Positions 1 to 9,557 of a DNA stretch of 64,000 bases are shown here, one piece after another. This stretch comes from Deltaproteobacteria bacterium YD0425bin51 (lineage in GTDB: Bacteria > Desulfobacterota > Desulfobacteria > Desulfobacterales > YD0425bin51), in NCBI GenBank assembly GCA_002753225.1, contig PDZS01000015.1, positions 27,223 to 91,222 of the forward strand, given 5' to 3'. Under the pieces are notes generated by a model that worked only from the letters and a program-made list of their open reading frames with translations, searched no databases and was not told where the DNA came from. Position 1 is the stretch's first letter, and the number at the start of each line of letters is the position of its first letter. The translations under genes and the position numbers were made by a program.

Positions 1-451
1 TTGTTGAGTTTAACATTTTCGTCATACGATCCAAAGATTTACCTAATATATCTTTTTCAGAATATATTACTACTTCATTTGTTAAATCTCCGTTTGCAAT
101 TTGTTCAGTTAAAGCAGCTTTTTCTTTTAAACTATCAACAATTTTTTTTAAAGATCTAAACACTCCGCACATCTCATTATCATTTTCTAAAAACTCCACA
201 TTAAGATCTCCTTTTGAAATTGTTTCAGCAATTTCAAAAAGATCTTTAGGATGATTTCCAAGCTGTTTTGATGTGATTTTTATGAGGTAAAATAGAGCAA
301 AGCCTCCTATCAAAACAGCTAATATATTTAATATAATGACAGAAAAAAAAGATTTAAGCTCTAAATAAGATATAAGCGAAATAGTTATGTTAATTATTAT
401 AAGTAAAAGATAAGATGCTGCTATCTTATTTATAAAATTTAGACGTTTCAT
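1..451 (-). CDS. N-terminal fragment, truncated at the window edge, of a membrane sensor with tandem HAMP-like segments (methyl-accepting chemotaxis protein-like)
   Basis: Minus-strand translation from the ATG at 451 reads MKRLNFINKIAASYLLLIIINITISL. One TM segment is followed by ETISKGDLNVEF and EQIANGDLTNEVVIYSEKDILGKSLDRM, which are HAMP/MCP-like motifs. The ORF runs off the window start. Confidence 0.45.
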   Translation of the reverse strand, partial: MKRLNFINKIAASYLLLIIINITISLISYLELKSFFSVIILNILAVLIGGFALFYLIKITSKQLGNHPKDLFEIAETISKGDLNVEFLENDNEMCGVFRSLKKIVDSLKEKAALTEQIANGDLTNEVVIYSEKDILGKSLDRMTKMLNST

Positions 452-481
452 ATTTTTTTCCCTTAAACAAACGTTTTTATC

Positions 482-1906
482 TTATTTTTCAATTTTTATA
501 ACTCCAATACCTCCTCTTGCGCGTTTAGCAAATAATGTTATAGTATCTCCCTTCTTAGCTTTATTTACTGTTGCTTTATAATCGTCAACTGTTTTTATTC
601 TTTTGTGATTAATTTCTTTTATAATATCTCCCATTGAAAGTCCTGCTTGATCTGCTTTACTTCCTTGCTCAACTCCAATTACAATAACTCCATCTTTATC
701 AGGAATATTGTATCTGTTAGTAATCTCTGGCGTTAAATCTGATACTCTAATACCTAGGTCATCTTCTGAAGGCATTATCTTACCATTCCCGCCACCTTTA
801 AGAGAGGCAATTTTTGAGTCTTGTCTTTGGGCTATAGTTACATCAAATGTTTTCTCTTTACCATCTCGGATTAAAGTTATTTCAGCAGTTTTACCAACTT
901 TAATTCCTGCTACAAGTCTTGTTAATTCACGGCTTGTTTCAACTTTTTTGCCATCCACCGCAATAATTATATCTTTTGCTTGAATACCTGCTTTATCTGC
1001 AGGGTCACCTGGAAAAACCTCAGTAACAAAAACCCCTTTTTTAGCTTTGGTTCCTGAATATTCAGCAATTTCTGGAGTAATATCTTGAATTGCAACACCA
1101 AGCCAGCCTCTTGAAACCTCTCCGCTTTGTTTAAGCTGTTCAATTATACCTTTTGCCAGATTAACAGGAATTGCAAATCCTATACCCTGTCCTTGAGCAA
1201 CAATTGCTGTATTTATCCCTATTACTTCCCCTGCCATGTTAAGAAGAGGTCCGCCACTGTTCCCAGGATTTATTGAAGCATCTGTTTGAATAAAGTCATC
1301 ATAAGGACCTGCTCCGATTACTCTCCCTTTAGCGCTTACAATTCCTGCTGTAACAGTATGATCTAATCCAAATGGATTTCCTATTGCGACAACCCATTGT
1401 CCAACTTTTAATGCGTCAGAATCTCCAAGCTTTATAGAGGGCAAATCCTTTTCAGGTTTAATCTTAATTAGAGCTATATCAGTATTAGGGTCTCTTCCTA
1501 TAATTTTTGCGCTGAATTCTTCCCCGCTGTTTATTTTAACTTTTATTTCGTCTGCTTCTTCAATAACATGGTTATTTGTTACAATATATCCTTCTTTATC
1601 AATAATAAAGCCTGAACCTAAGCTTCTTTCTTTAAATTCCTTTTGATTCTCTTCTCCAAAAAATTTATTAAAGAAGTCATTAAACTGATCTTGATCCCCC
1701 CCAGGAGCTCTAAAGAAATGTCTAAAAACAGGACCTCCACCTTTTATGGTTTTCTGTGTACGTATATTAACTACAGTTTTACCTCCAGATTCAGCAAGAT
1801 CAGTAAAATTGTCAGGAATTCCAGATGCGGATATTGACTCTGAAATAGTAAAGTTTATGATAATCCCTATTGATAAAATAATAATTAAACAAAATTTTTT
1901 ATTCAT
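482..1906 (-). CDS. htrA: Periplasmic serine endoprotease DegP/HtrA with two PDZ domains
   Basis: 474 aa with a signal peptide, a trypsin-like domain carrying the GNSGGPL catalytic Ser motif and a TNNHV His region, and two C-terminal PDZ-like segments. Confidence 0.9.
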   Translation of the reverse strand: MNKKFCLIIILSIGIIINFTISESISASGIPDNFTDLAESGGKTVVNIRTQKTIKGGGPVFRHFFRAPGGDQDQFNDFFNKFFGEENQKEFKERSLGSGFIIDKEGYIVTNNHVIEEADEIKVKINSGEEFSAKIIGRDPNTDIALIKIKPEKDLPSIKLGDSDALKVGQWVVAIGNPFGLDHTVTAGIVSAKGRVIGAGPYDDFIQTDASINPGNSGGPLLNMAGEVIGINTAIVAQGQGIGFAIPVNLAKGIIEQLKQSGEVSRGWLGVAIQDITPEIAEYSGTKAKKGVFVTEVFPGDPADKAGIQAKDIIIAVDGKKVETSRELTRLVAGIKVGKTAEITLIRDGKEKTFDVTIAQRQDSKIASLKGGGNGKIMPSEDDLGIRVSDLTPEITNRYNIPDKDGVIVIGVEQGSKADQAGLSMGDIIKEINHKRIKTVDDYKATVNKAKKGDTITLFAKRARGGIGVIKIEK

Positions 1907-2031
1907 TTTTTAATACCTCCAAAAGTTAAAGTTGAAATTGTTCTATATGAACTTGTAGTTTTTATTTAAGCCATATATAATCTTTTGTCCAAGTATTTTT
2001 TAAATATATATAATTTTTTGGAGATTTCAAT

Positions 2032-3636
2032 ATGTCTAATGAACAAAAACATGTTTTAAGAGTGGCACTTATTGCATCGCCATATCCTTTGGAGGAAGCC
2101 CCTGCTCCACCTCTTGGCATATCTTATGTTGCAAGCGCCTGTGAAGCTTCAGGAGCTATTGTTAAAATATTTGACTATATAGTACGAAAATATTCAGAAG
2201 AAAAACTAAAAAAAGAGATAGGCGATTTTTGCCCGGATGTTATTGGGACAGGTTCTGTTACTTTAAATTTTCCAAAAGCTGCAAACATTATAAGAACTGC
2301 AAAAAAACTTTTTCCAGATGCAGTTACCATGATGGGTGGTCCACATGTTTCTTTTGATATCAAAAATACATTAACCAAATATCCAGAAATTGATATGATT
2401 TTGGTTGGTGAAGCTGAAGATACTTTGAAAGAGCTTTTACCTGTTATAAAAAATAAAGAAAAATGGAAAAATATAAATGGTATAGCTTTTTTTGATAATG
2501 GTTCTTTAATACAAACACCGAAAAGGGAGCTTATTTGTGATCTTGATTCTCTTCCTCTGCCAGCAAGGCACTTACTTCCAATGTCCAAATATCAGGCATT
2601 AGGATATCCAATCAGTATAATAACAAGCAGGGGATGTCCTTATAAGTGTATATTTTGCCTTGGAAGAAAGATGGTTGGCGCTAAAGTTCGTTATAGAAAT
2701 CCAAAGCTCGTAGCTGATGAGATAGAGCATATACTGTCATATGGAATAAACAGAATAAATGTAGCTGATGATCTTTTTACATCTAATAAAGAAAGAGTTC
2801 ATGCGTTATGCAATGAGATTAAAGACAGGAATTTAAAATTTCATTGGAGTGCTTTTGCAAGGGTTAATACTGTTGATAAGGAAGTGCTTAAACTTATGAA
2901 AGATACTGGATGTGATTCAATATGTTTTGGAATTGAATCAGGTGACAGTGAGATGTTAAAGAGAATAAAAAAGGGAATAACTGTAGAACAGATAAAGAGA
3001 GCTATTTCTATATCTAAAGAAGTTGGAATAACTGCTTTTGCTTCATTTATAATTGGGCTTCCTGGTGAAACCCATGAATCCCTTAAAAATACTAAAGAAG
3101 TAGCAGAATCACTTGATACTGCTTATGGTTATCATATGCTTGCCCCTTTTCCAGGGACTACTGTTCGGGAAGAAATTAAAAATTTTGATTTAGAGATTTT
3201 AACAGATGAGTGGGAACTATATGATGCAAACAGACCAATTGTTAGAACATCTCAAATTGGACCACAGGATATGGAAGAATTTATCTCTGACCTTGTAGAT
3301 TTTCATAAAAAAAAGTGGGACATTCTGGTTGAGCAATATAAAAATGATACCTGCAATAAAGAAGATTATCTTATTATAGAGGGATTTCATAGAACTCAAT
3401 TAATTTTTAAACTTCTTTCAGAAGACTTGATTGAAGATTATGGTTACTTTGAAGAAGAAGGGGAGCCAACATCTCTTCTTTTAAATAAAATGTCTGAGCT
3501 GATAGACATGGAAAAACCTTTTATTGATCGCACAATTGTAAGCCTTATCTCAGCTAATTATCTTAAATATGAGAAAAAGGGTAACGGTATCAAATGGTTT
3601 TGGAAGCATAATAAGCATGTTGATCACTTAGAGTAG
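2032..3636 (+). CDS. B12-binding (class B) radical SAM protein
   Basis: 534 aa. The N-terminal region looks like a cobalamin-binding domain (VALIASPYPL, MMGGPHVS) and is followed by a radical SAM core with SRGCPYKCIFC (CxxxCxxC). Confidence 0.8.
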   Translation: MSNEQKHVLRVALIASPYPLEEAPAPPLGISYVASACEASGAIVKIFDYIVRKYSEEKLKKEIGDFCPDVIGTGSVTLNFPKAANIIRTAKKLFPDAVTMMGGPHVSFDIKNTLTKYPEIDMILVGEAEDTLKELLPVIKNKEKWKNINGIAFFDNGSLIQTPKRELICDLDSLPLPARHLLPMSKYQALGYPISIITSRGCPYKCIFCLGRKMVGAKVRYRNPKLVADEIEHILSYGINRINVADDLFTSNKERVHALCNEIKDRNLKFHWSAFARVNTVDKEVLKLMKDTGCDSICFGIESGDSEMLKRIKKGITVEQIKRAISISKEVGITAFASFIIGLPGETHESLKNTKEVAESLDTAYGYHMLAPFPGTTVREEIKNFDLEILTDEWELYDANRPIVRTSQIGPQDMEEFISDLVDFHKKKWDILVEQYKNDTCNKEDYLIIEGFHRTQLIFKLLSEDLIEDYGYFEEEGEPTSLLLNKMSELIDMEKPFIDRTIVSLISANYLKYEKKGNGIKWFWKHNKHVDHLE

Positions 3637-3648
3637 AGACGCGTAGCC

Positions 3649-3676
3649 GTAGAGACGCACGGCCGTGCGTCTCTAC
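3649..3676 (+). terminator. Perfect 12-bp GC-rich palindrome (GTAGAGACGCAC-GGCC-GTGCGTCTCTAC) directly after the radical SAM stop codon; probable intrinsic terminator
   Basis: Read directly: a 12-bp stem with a 4-nt loop, followed by ATTT, in an otherwise AT-rich intergenic region. A near-duplicate of the 5' arm (AGAGACGCGTAGCC) sits just upstream. Confidence 0.5.
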
Positions 3677-3689
3677 ATTTAGAGGATTT

Positions 3690-4262
3690 ATGAAATTAAC
3701 AAGTATTTTAGCAATTTCTGTAGCTTTAGCAATGGATGCATTTGCTGTTGCTTTTGCTACAGGAGTAGGATTAAAAGCTTTAAATTTTCGTCAAATATTT
3801 AGATTATCATGGCATTTTGGTTTTTTTCAGGCAATGATGCCTGTAATAGGATGGCAGCTTGGTCTTAAAGTTAGGGTTTATATTGAGCAATATGACCATT
3901 GGGTTGCTTTTATTCTTTTAGCTTTTGTTGGTGGTAAAATGATTTTTGAATCATTCTCACATAAAGAAGAAGAATCTATAAAAAAAGACCCAACCAAAGG
4001 TATGAGTCTTGTTGTACTCTCAGTTGCAACAAGTATTGACGCTTTAGCTGTTGGTTTAAGCATAGCAATGCTTAGGATATCTATTTTACTACCTGCAATA
4101 GTAATTGGAATAACGGCTTTTATTTTTACTGTAACAGGTATGATTTTAGGAAGAAAAACAGGTTCAATATCTTATTTAAGCCAATATGCAGAACTTTTAG
4201 GCGGTATAGTTTTATGCGGAATTGGCTTAAATATAATATATGAACATGGAGTTTTGGGCTAA
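3690..4262 (+). CDS. mntP: Manganese efflux pump MntP
   Basis: 190 aa, about six TM helices, duplicated LAMDAFAVA / SIDALAVG motifs typical of the MntP/YebN family. Confidence 0.85.
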   Translation: MKLTSILAISVALAMDAFAVAFATGVGLKALNFRQIFRLSWHFGFFQAMMPVIGWQLGLKVRVYIEQYDHWVAFILLAFVGGKMIFESFSHKEEESIKKDPTKGMSLVVLSVATSIDALAVGLSIAMLRISILLPAIVIGITAFIFTVTGMILGRKTGSISYLSQYAELLGGIVLCGIGLNIIYEHGVLG

Positions 4263-5242
4263 ATTTTTACAGCGCCCCTTACTTCTTCCATAGTTGCTTT
4301 GGCAACTTTTCTGGCTTTATTTCCGCCTGTCATTATTAGTTCAGCAACTATTTCAGGATGGCTTTCATAATAAATTCGTTTTTCTCTAATTGGAGCAAGG
4401 GCTGAACTTAAATTTTTTGCAAGTATTTTTTTGCATTCCACACATCCTATTTGAGCCTTTCTACATTCTGTATCAGCTCTTTCAACAATATCTTTTTCGC
4501 TGTATAGTTTATGAAATTCAAAAACATTGCATACTTCAGGATTTCCTGGGTCGCTTTTTTTTGCCCTTTGAGGGTCAGTAATCATTTGGGACACTTTTTT
4601 TGCAATTTCATCAGGTGACTCTGATAAATAAATTGCATTATTATAGCTTTTACTCATCTTCCTTCTATCTAAACCAAGAATTTTAGGTGTTTGCGTAAGT
4701 ATTGCCTGAGGCTCTGGAAATATTTCTCCATAAAAATAATTAAAGCGTCTTGCAATTTCACGGGTAATTTCAACATGAGGAACTTGATCTACCCCAACAG
4801 GAACTCCATCTGCTTTATATATGATAATATCTGCTGCCTGCAAAACTGGATAACCTAAAAATCCAAAAGTTGATAAATCCTTATTTGAAAGCTGTGCTAT
4901 TTGTTCTTTATATGTAGGATTTCTCTCAAGCCACGGAACTGGTGTTATCATTGATAAAAGCAAAAAAAGTTCTGCATGTTCCTTAATATGTGATTGGACA
5001 AATAGGGTGCATTTTTCAGGTGATAATCCAACGCTAAGCCAATCAATCATCATGTTTTTTACAAAACCCTTTATATTTTTAGTGTTTTCATAATCGCTTG
5101 TCAATGCATGCCAGTCTGCAATAAAGAAAAAACAGTCATATTCTTCCTGCATTTTAACCCAGTTTTCCAATGCACCGTGAAAATTACCCAGATGAAGCTG
5201 TCCTGTAGGACGCATTCCGCTTAACACTCTTTTTCTATTCAT
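4259..5242 (-). CDS. trpS: Tryptophan--tRNA ligase
   Basis: 327 aa class I aaRS. HIGH-type motif in GQLHLGNFHG, KMSKS present, matching TrpS length. Confidence 0.92.
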   Translation of the reverse strand: MNRKRVLSGMRPTGQLHLGNFHGALENWVKMQEEYDCFFFIADWHALTSDYENTKNIKGFVKNMMIDWLSVGLSPEKCTLFVQSHIKEHAELFLLLSMITPVPWLERNPTYKEQIAQLSNKDLSTFGFLGYPVLQAADIIIYKADGVPVGVDQVPHVEITREIARRFNYFYGEIFPEPQAILTQTPKILGLDRRKMSKSYNNAIYLSESPDEIAKKVSQMITDPQRAKKSDPGNPEVCNVFEFHKLYSEKDIVERADTECRKAQIGCVECKKILAKNLSSALAPIREKRIYYESHPEIVAELIMTGGNKARKVAKATMEEVRGAVKI

Positions 5243-5260
5243 AAGAATTCTCCTTAAAAT

Positions 5261-5923
5261 TTATTTTCCTAATAAAAAATCAATTAGAGGTGTTGCAAAA
5301 AAATTAATTACTTTGTTTAAAGAATCTGTTGCTAAAAGAATCATTATTATTATTAAACCAAAGCGCTCAATAGAGTTAAAACTTTCTCGTATTTTGTCTG
5401 GCAAAAATATTGCTAAAATACGGCTGCCGTCTAGAGGAGGGATGGGAATAAGATTAAATACAGCTAATACTGAATTTATGATTATGCTGTTTATAAGCAT
5501 ATAAAGAAGATCCATAATAATTGGTTTTAATAAGGTAGTGGCCCATGACTTCTCAAAATAAATGAAAATATGCAGAATTATGGCTGACAAAACTGCTAAA
5601 ATAAAATTAGCTGTAACGCCTGCAGCAGAAACATAAATAGTACCTTTTTTAAAGTTATGAAAATTATAAGGGTTTACTGGTACTGGCTTTGCGTATCCAA
5701 AAATAAATGGTGAGCCGGAAAGTTTTAAGAGCAAAGGGAGAATAATTGACCCTACAATATCCAAATGGTATATAGGATTTAAAGTAAGTCTTCCAGCTAG
5801 TTTTGCTGTCATATCTCCCATTTTATATGCAACATATCCATGTGCAACTTCATGGCATGTTACAGAAAGAATAAGAGGAACAAGCATTACCACCCATTTA
5901 TTTAATTCAATATCAAGAGACAT
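5261..5923 (-). CDS. Site-2 protease family zinc metalloprotease (M50, SpoIVFB-like)
   Basis: 220 aa polytopic membrane protein with HEVAHGYV (HExxH) in the first TM region and a later LDG motif. Overlaps the upstream gene by 11 nt. Confidence 0.8.
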   Translation of the reverse strand: MSLDIELNKWVVMLVPLILSVTCHEVAHGYVAYKMGDMTAKLAGRLTLNPIYHLDIVGSIILPLLLKLSGSPFIFGYAKPVPVNPYNFHNFKKGTIYVSAAGVTANFILAVLSAIILHIFIYFEKSWATTLLKPIIMDLLYMLINSIIINSVLAVFNLIPIPPLDGSRILAIFLPDKIRESFNSIERFGLIIIMILLATDSLNKVINFFATPLIDFLLGK

Positions 5924-8555
5924 AATTTTTCACAAAAGAAAGTTCATCTTCTCTGTTTGATAGAAGACCGTTTAGTTTTGCATCCAAAACTGCGTTTAAA
6001 ATTTTGCCATAAATTGGTCCTTCTTTTATATTTATGGCTCTTAAATCCTTACCAGTTATTGAAATTTTTTCATTTTTAAGCTGTGTCAAATAAAATGATA
6101 TAGCTTTTTTAACTTTTTCATATTTTGTTTGAGCCATCATATAAAGTATAAGCTCAGTTTTAAATATAGAGAGTTTACTATAAAGCAAGCTGTTTTGAGT
6201 AGGTAAGTTTTGCTCTAGCCAGAAAAGAATTTGATTAGCTATTATTCTTTCTTTGGAAAAAATATCTCTCTGACGAACAGGAAGTTCAAAATTGTTACAT
6301 ATTTCTTCACTGATTTTTTGATCTAAATTTTTAAGAAGCGCTAGAAAATAAATGGCCCATTTCATTAATCTTTCTTCTAAAAAAAGCAAATCATGCCATG
6401 CTAATGTTTTTTTTACTGAATCAAGTTGGGATATTATTTCTTTATTTAATTTAATTAATGGGTGTATCGCACTTAAAAGATTATAATCATTCAATCTAAT
6501 GATTGCATTTGTTGGATTTTCTTCTTCTAATATTTGTTTTACTTCAGCAAAAACTCTTCTACCACTTAAGCGTTTAAAAAAATCCATTTTCACTGCATTT
6601 TCAATAAGACTGGAAGTTAACTTACCTATTGTAAATCCAAATCTTTGTTCAAATCTTATTGCCCTGAAAATTCGGGTTGGGTCTTCAACAAAGCTAAGGT
6701 TATGTAAAACTCTAATAATTTTTTCCTTTAAGTCTTTTTGTGAACCAAAAAAGTCAATAAGAGTGCCAAATTTATCATGGTTTAACTGAATAGCTAAAGC
6801 ATTTATTGTAAAATCCCTTCTGAATAGATCTAATTTTATTGAACTCATTTCAACAACAGGGAGTGCTGCTGGAAATTTATAATATTCTATTCTAGCAGAT
6901 GCTACATCTATTTTAGATCCATCAGAAAACTTGATAATCGCTGTTCCAAAGGTTTCGTGAGAATATATCTTTGCTTTAAATATAGATGCAAATTTTTTAG
7001 CAAAAGCTATTCCATCCCCTTCTATTACAATATCAATATCTTCGTTAGTTTTATATAGAAATAGATCTCTTACAAAACCTCCTACTATATAGGCGTTTAA
7101 ATTGAGTTCATCTGCTATTTTTCCTATATCTTTAAGCTTTTTTATTAAACGATCAGATAATCTTTCATTCATGAATTTTATAATATTTCTGGTTCTAGGT
7201 CCTACAGACTCATTTAAATATATATTTCCTTTATCTGATTTTATATGGGTTTGATATACAAGTACATTCAAAAGATCAGTTCTTGTTATAACACCTATAA
7301 GCTTATTATTATCAACAACTGGTAAAATTCTCTGTTTATTATCAATTATTTTTGTCTGTATTTCACTAAGATGAGCGTCAGGATTTACAGTTACAATTTC
7401 TGTATTCATATATTCACAAACAGGTACTATATCCAATTTATGAAACAGAGCTTTTTCAATGATCTGTCTGGATATAAAACCAAGGATAGAATCATTATCA
7501 GTTACTATAAGAGTATTTATATTATAGCGTGTTAAAATTGTGCTTGCTTCCCTGCAGGTTACATTTGGCGAAATTGTAATAACCGGGAATGACATAAGCT
7601 CTTTTGCATAACGTCTTGCTTTAATTTTTTGATAAAGAGTGCTTATAAGCTTTTGTTCAACTTGAGTAAGAGTTTCTCCTTTAACTGTAGCTGATGCTGC
7701 AAAACTATGTCCTCCACCCCCAAATGTTAATAAGATATCTGCTACGTCAACTTCAGAAATTCTGCTTCTTGCAACTATATAAATATTATCAGCCATTCTA
7801 GCTATTACAAAAATAGCATTTAGATTCTCCATTTTAATAATTTTTTGTACTAGAAGTGCAATGTCTGCTACATAATTATCTCTGGAAAAAATTGTAATTA
7901 CTATATCAACGCCATGAATGCTGTAATGAGTTAAGGACTGAATCATGTCGCTAAGTAGTCCTATTTGCTCTGGTGTTATTTCTCTTGATATGAGGTTAGC
8001 TATAATATTTAAATTAGCACCTTTGGATAATAAAAAAGCAGCGGCGCTGAAATCTTTTTCTGTTGTTGAAGAGTAAGTAAATGAACCTGTGTCTTCATAT
8101 ATACCAAGACACATTATTGTAGCTTCATCTGGAGATATGGGAATTCCTTTATTTTTTATTATTTCAGTTAATATAGTTATAGTTGCTCCTGTTAATTCAT
8201 TTACTTCAAAATTGCTTTTGATATCGTTTATTGCTGGAGGATGGTGATCATAAATATGAATCTCAATATTTGATTGTTGAAGAAGAGAAGAAAGCTTTCC
8301 GATGCGATTAGCTTGTCTTGTATCTACTAAAACTAGTCTTTTTACAGAAGAAAGATCTATATCTTTAATATCTGCCATATTAAAAAGATAGAATATGGAT
8401 TTTATGAAAAAGTTTCTTAAAGTTTTTTCTTGAGAGCCTGGAAAAACTAAAAGAGCATCTGGATAGAGCTTTTGAGCAGCAAGCATTGAGGCTACAGCGT
8501 CAAAGTCAGAATTTATATGGGTTGTAATAACAGTAAGGTTTTGATTATTTTGCAT
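5913..8555 (-). CDS. Multidomain DHH/DHHA1 phosphoesterase - CBS pair - poly(A) polymerase/CCA tRNA nucleotidyltransferase family protein
   Basis: 880 aa. The N-terminus has DHH (HINSDFDAVAS, YDHHPP) and DHHA1 (GGGGHSFAAS). The middle has two CBS modules. The C-terminal half carries the Pol-beta NTase head GGFVRDLFL...DIDIV plus the tRNA-NT tail. Confidence 0.75.
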   Translation of the reverse strand: MQNNQNLTVITTHINSDFDAVASMLAAQKLYPDALLVFPGSQEKTLRNFFIKSIFYLFNMADIKDIDLSSVKRLVLVDTRQANRIGKLSSLLQQSNIEIHIYDHHPPAINDIKSNFEVNELTGATITILTEIIKNKGIPISPDEATIMCLGIYEDTGSFTYSSTTEKDFSAAAFLLSKGANLNIIANLISREITPEQIGLLSDMIQSLTHYSIHGVDIVITIFSRDNYVADIALLVQKIIKMENLNAIFVIARMADNIYIVARSRISEVDVADILLTFGGGGHSFAASATVKGETLTQVEQKLISTLYQKIKARRYAKELMSFPVITISPNVTCREASTILTRYNINTLIVTDNDSILGFISRQIIEKALFHKLDIVPVCEYMNTEIVTVNPDAHLSEIQTKIIDNKQRILPVVDNNKLIGVITRTDLLNVLVYQTHIKSDKGNIYLNESVGPRTRNIIKFMNERLSDRLIKKLKDIGKIADELNLNAYIVGGFVRDLFLYKTNEDIDIVIEGDGIAFAKKFASIFKAKIYSHETFGTAIIKFSDGSKIDVASARIEYYKFPAALPVVEMSSIKLDLFRRDFTINALAIQLNHDKFGTLIDFFGSQKDLKEKIIRVLHNLSFVEDPTRIFRAIRFEQRFGFTIGKLTSSLIENAVKMDFFKRLSGRRVFAEVKQILEEENPTNAIIRLNDYNLLSAIHPLIKLNKEIISQLDSVKKTLAWHDLLFLEERLMKWAIYFLALLKNLDQKISEEICNNFELPVRQRDIFSKERIIANQILFWLEQNLPTQNSLLYSKLSIFKTELILYMMAQTKYEKVKKAISFYLTQLKNEKISITGKDLRAINIKEGPIYGKILNAVLDAKLNGLLSNREDELSFVKNYVS

Positions 8556-8618
8556 CTATATTTTACTTTTTATTAAATTAATTTGAAATATCTTTTTTTT
8601 ACTTTAATATATAAATCC

Positions 8619-9554
8619 ATGAGCTTTCAATATCTTTTTGGACCAGTTCCTTCAAGACGCCTTGGTATTTCCCTTGGAGTTGACATTGTACCTCACAAAA
8701 CATGCACATTAGACTGCATATATTGTGAATGCGGTAAAACTACAGATCTAACAATAGATAGGAAAATATATTTTAACGTAAATGAAATAAAAAGAGAACT
8801 AGATTTTTTTTTATATGAAAAACCAAAATTAGATTTTATAACATTTTCAGGTTCTGGTGAACCAACTTTAAATAGTAAAATATCTGAAATTACAAGATTT
8901 ATAAAATCAAAATTTCCAGAATACAAAATAGCTCTTTTAACCAATGGTACACTATTTTATGATTCAAATGTTAAATCTGAAATTTGTGATGTTGATTTAT
9001 TAAAAATTTCGATAGATGCTGCAACAGAAAAAACATTTCAGCTTATTAATCGTCCACATCCTGAGCTTAATCTATCACAAATAATTGAAGGAATATTTGA
9101 GTTAAAAAAAGATTTTTCTTCTAAAATTTGGATTGAAGTATTTCTTGTTTCAGGTTTAAACGATACAGATTCAGAACTGTCAGAACTTAAAAAAGTAATA
9201 TCTTTAATAGAACCTGACAAAATCCAGTTGAATACAATAGACAGGCCCGGAACAGAGAGTTTTGTAAAACAGGTTGATGAAAAAAAACTTAAAGATATCT
9301 CATCTTATTTATTCAATGCTGAAATCATAAGCCGCTTTAATTCAAAAATCAAAACTGGCGTTTTTAAAGATATTACAGGTGAAGCTATTTTGGCTACATT
9401 AAAACGAAGACCATGCACGGTAAAAGATATTTCAGAAATACTTTCATTAGACGAAGAGAATATAAAAAACTATTTGGAACTACTTTTAAATAGTAACAAG
9501 ATTTTAAAAACAACTATGCAAAGAGGAGTTTTTTATTTAGCAAAGGAGAAATAG
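8619..9554 (+). CDS. Radical SAM protein (FGPVPSRRLG N-terminus, CTLDCIYCEC cluster motif)
   Basis: The radical SAM CxxxCxxC motif lies near the N-terminus. The start is placed at ATG 8619 because the track's 8583 start is a TTG only 27 nt from the divergent upstream gene. Confidence 0.8.
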   Translation: MSFQYLFGPVPSRRLGISLGVDIVPHKTCTLDCIYCECGKTTDLTIDRKIYFNVNEIKRELDFFLYEKPKLDFITFSGSGEPTLNSKISEITRFIKSKFPEYKIALLTNGTLFYDSNVKSEICDVDLLKISIDAATEKTFQLINRPHPELNLSQIIEGIFELKKDFSSKIWIEVFLVSGLNDTDSELSELKKVISLIEPDKIQLNTIDRPGTESFVKQVDEKKLKDISSYLFNAEIISRFNSKIKTGVFKDITGEAILATLKRRPCTVKDISEILSLDEENIKNYLELLLNSNKILKTTMQRGVFYLAKEK

Positions 9555-9557
9555 TAT

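Noticed and set aside
708-983. Short ORFs nested antisense inside large genes, for example 708..983, 1643..1837, 2175..2588, 3217..3399, 3878..4063, 6499..6789, 17698..18066, 22677..23000, 33970..34338, 39183..39413, 53857..54057
   Set aside because: They lie wholly within and opposite to well-supported long CDSs, have low-complexity or hydrophobic translations and no RBS, and are typical of antisense frames in AT-rich DNA.
3637-3689. yybP-ykoY manganese riboswitch expected upstream of mntP
   Set aside because: Only about 50 nt lie between the preceding stop and the mntP RBS, which is too short for the riboswitch of about 100 nt or more. The palindrome is better explained as a terminator.
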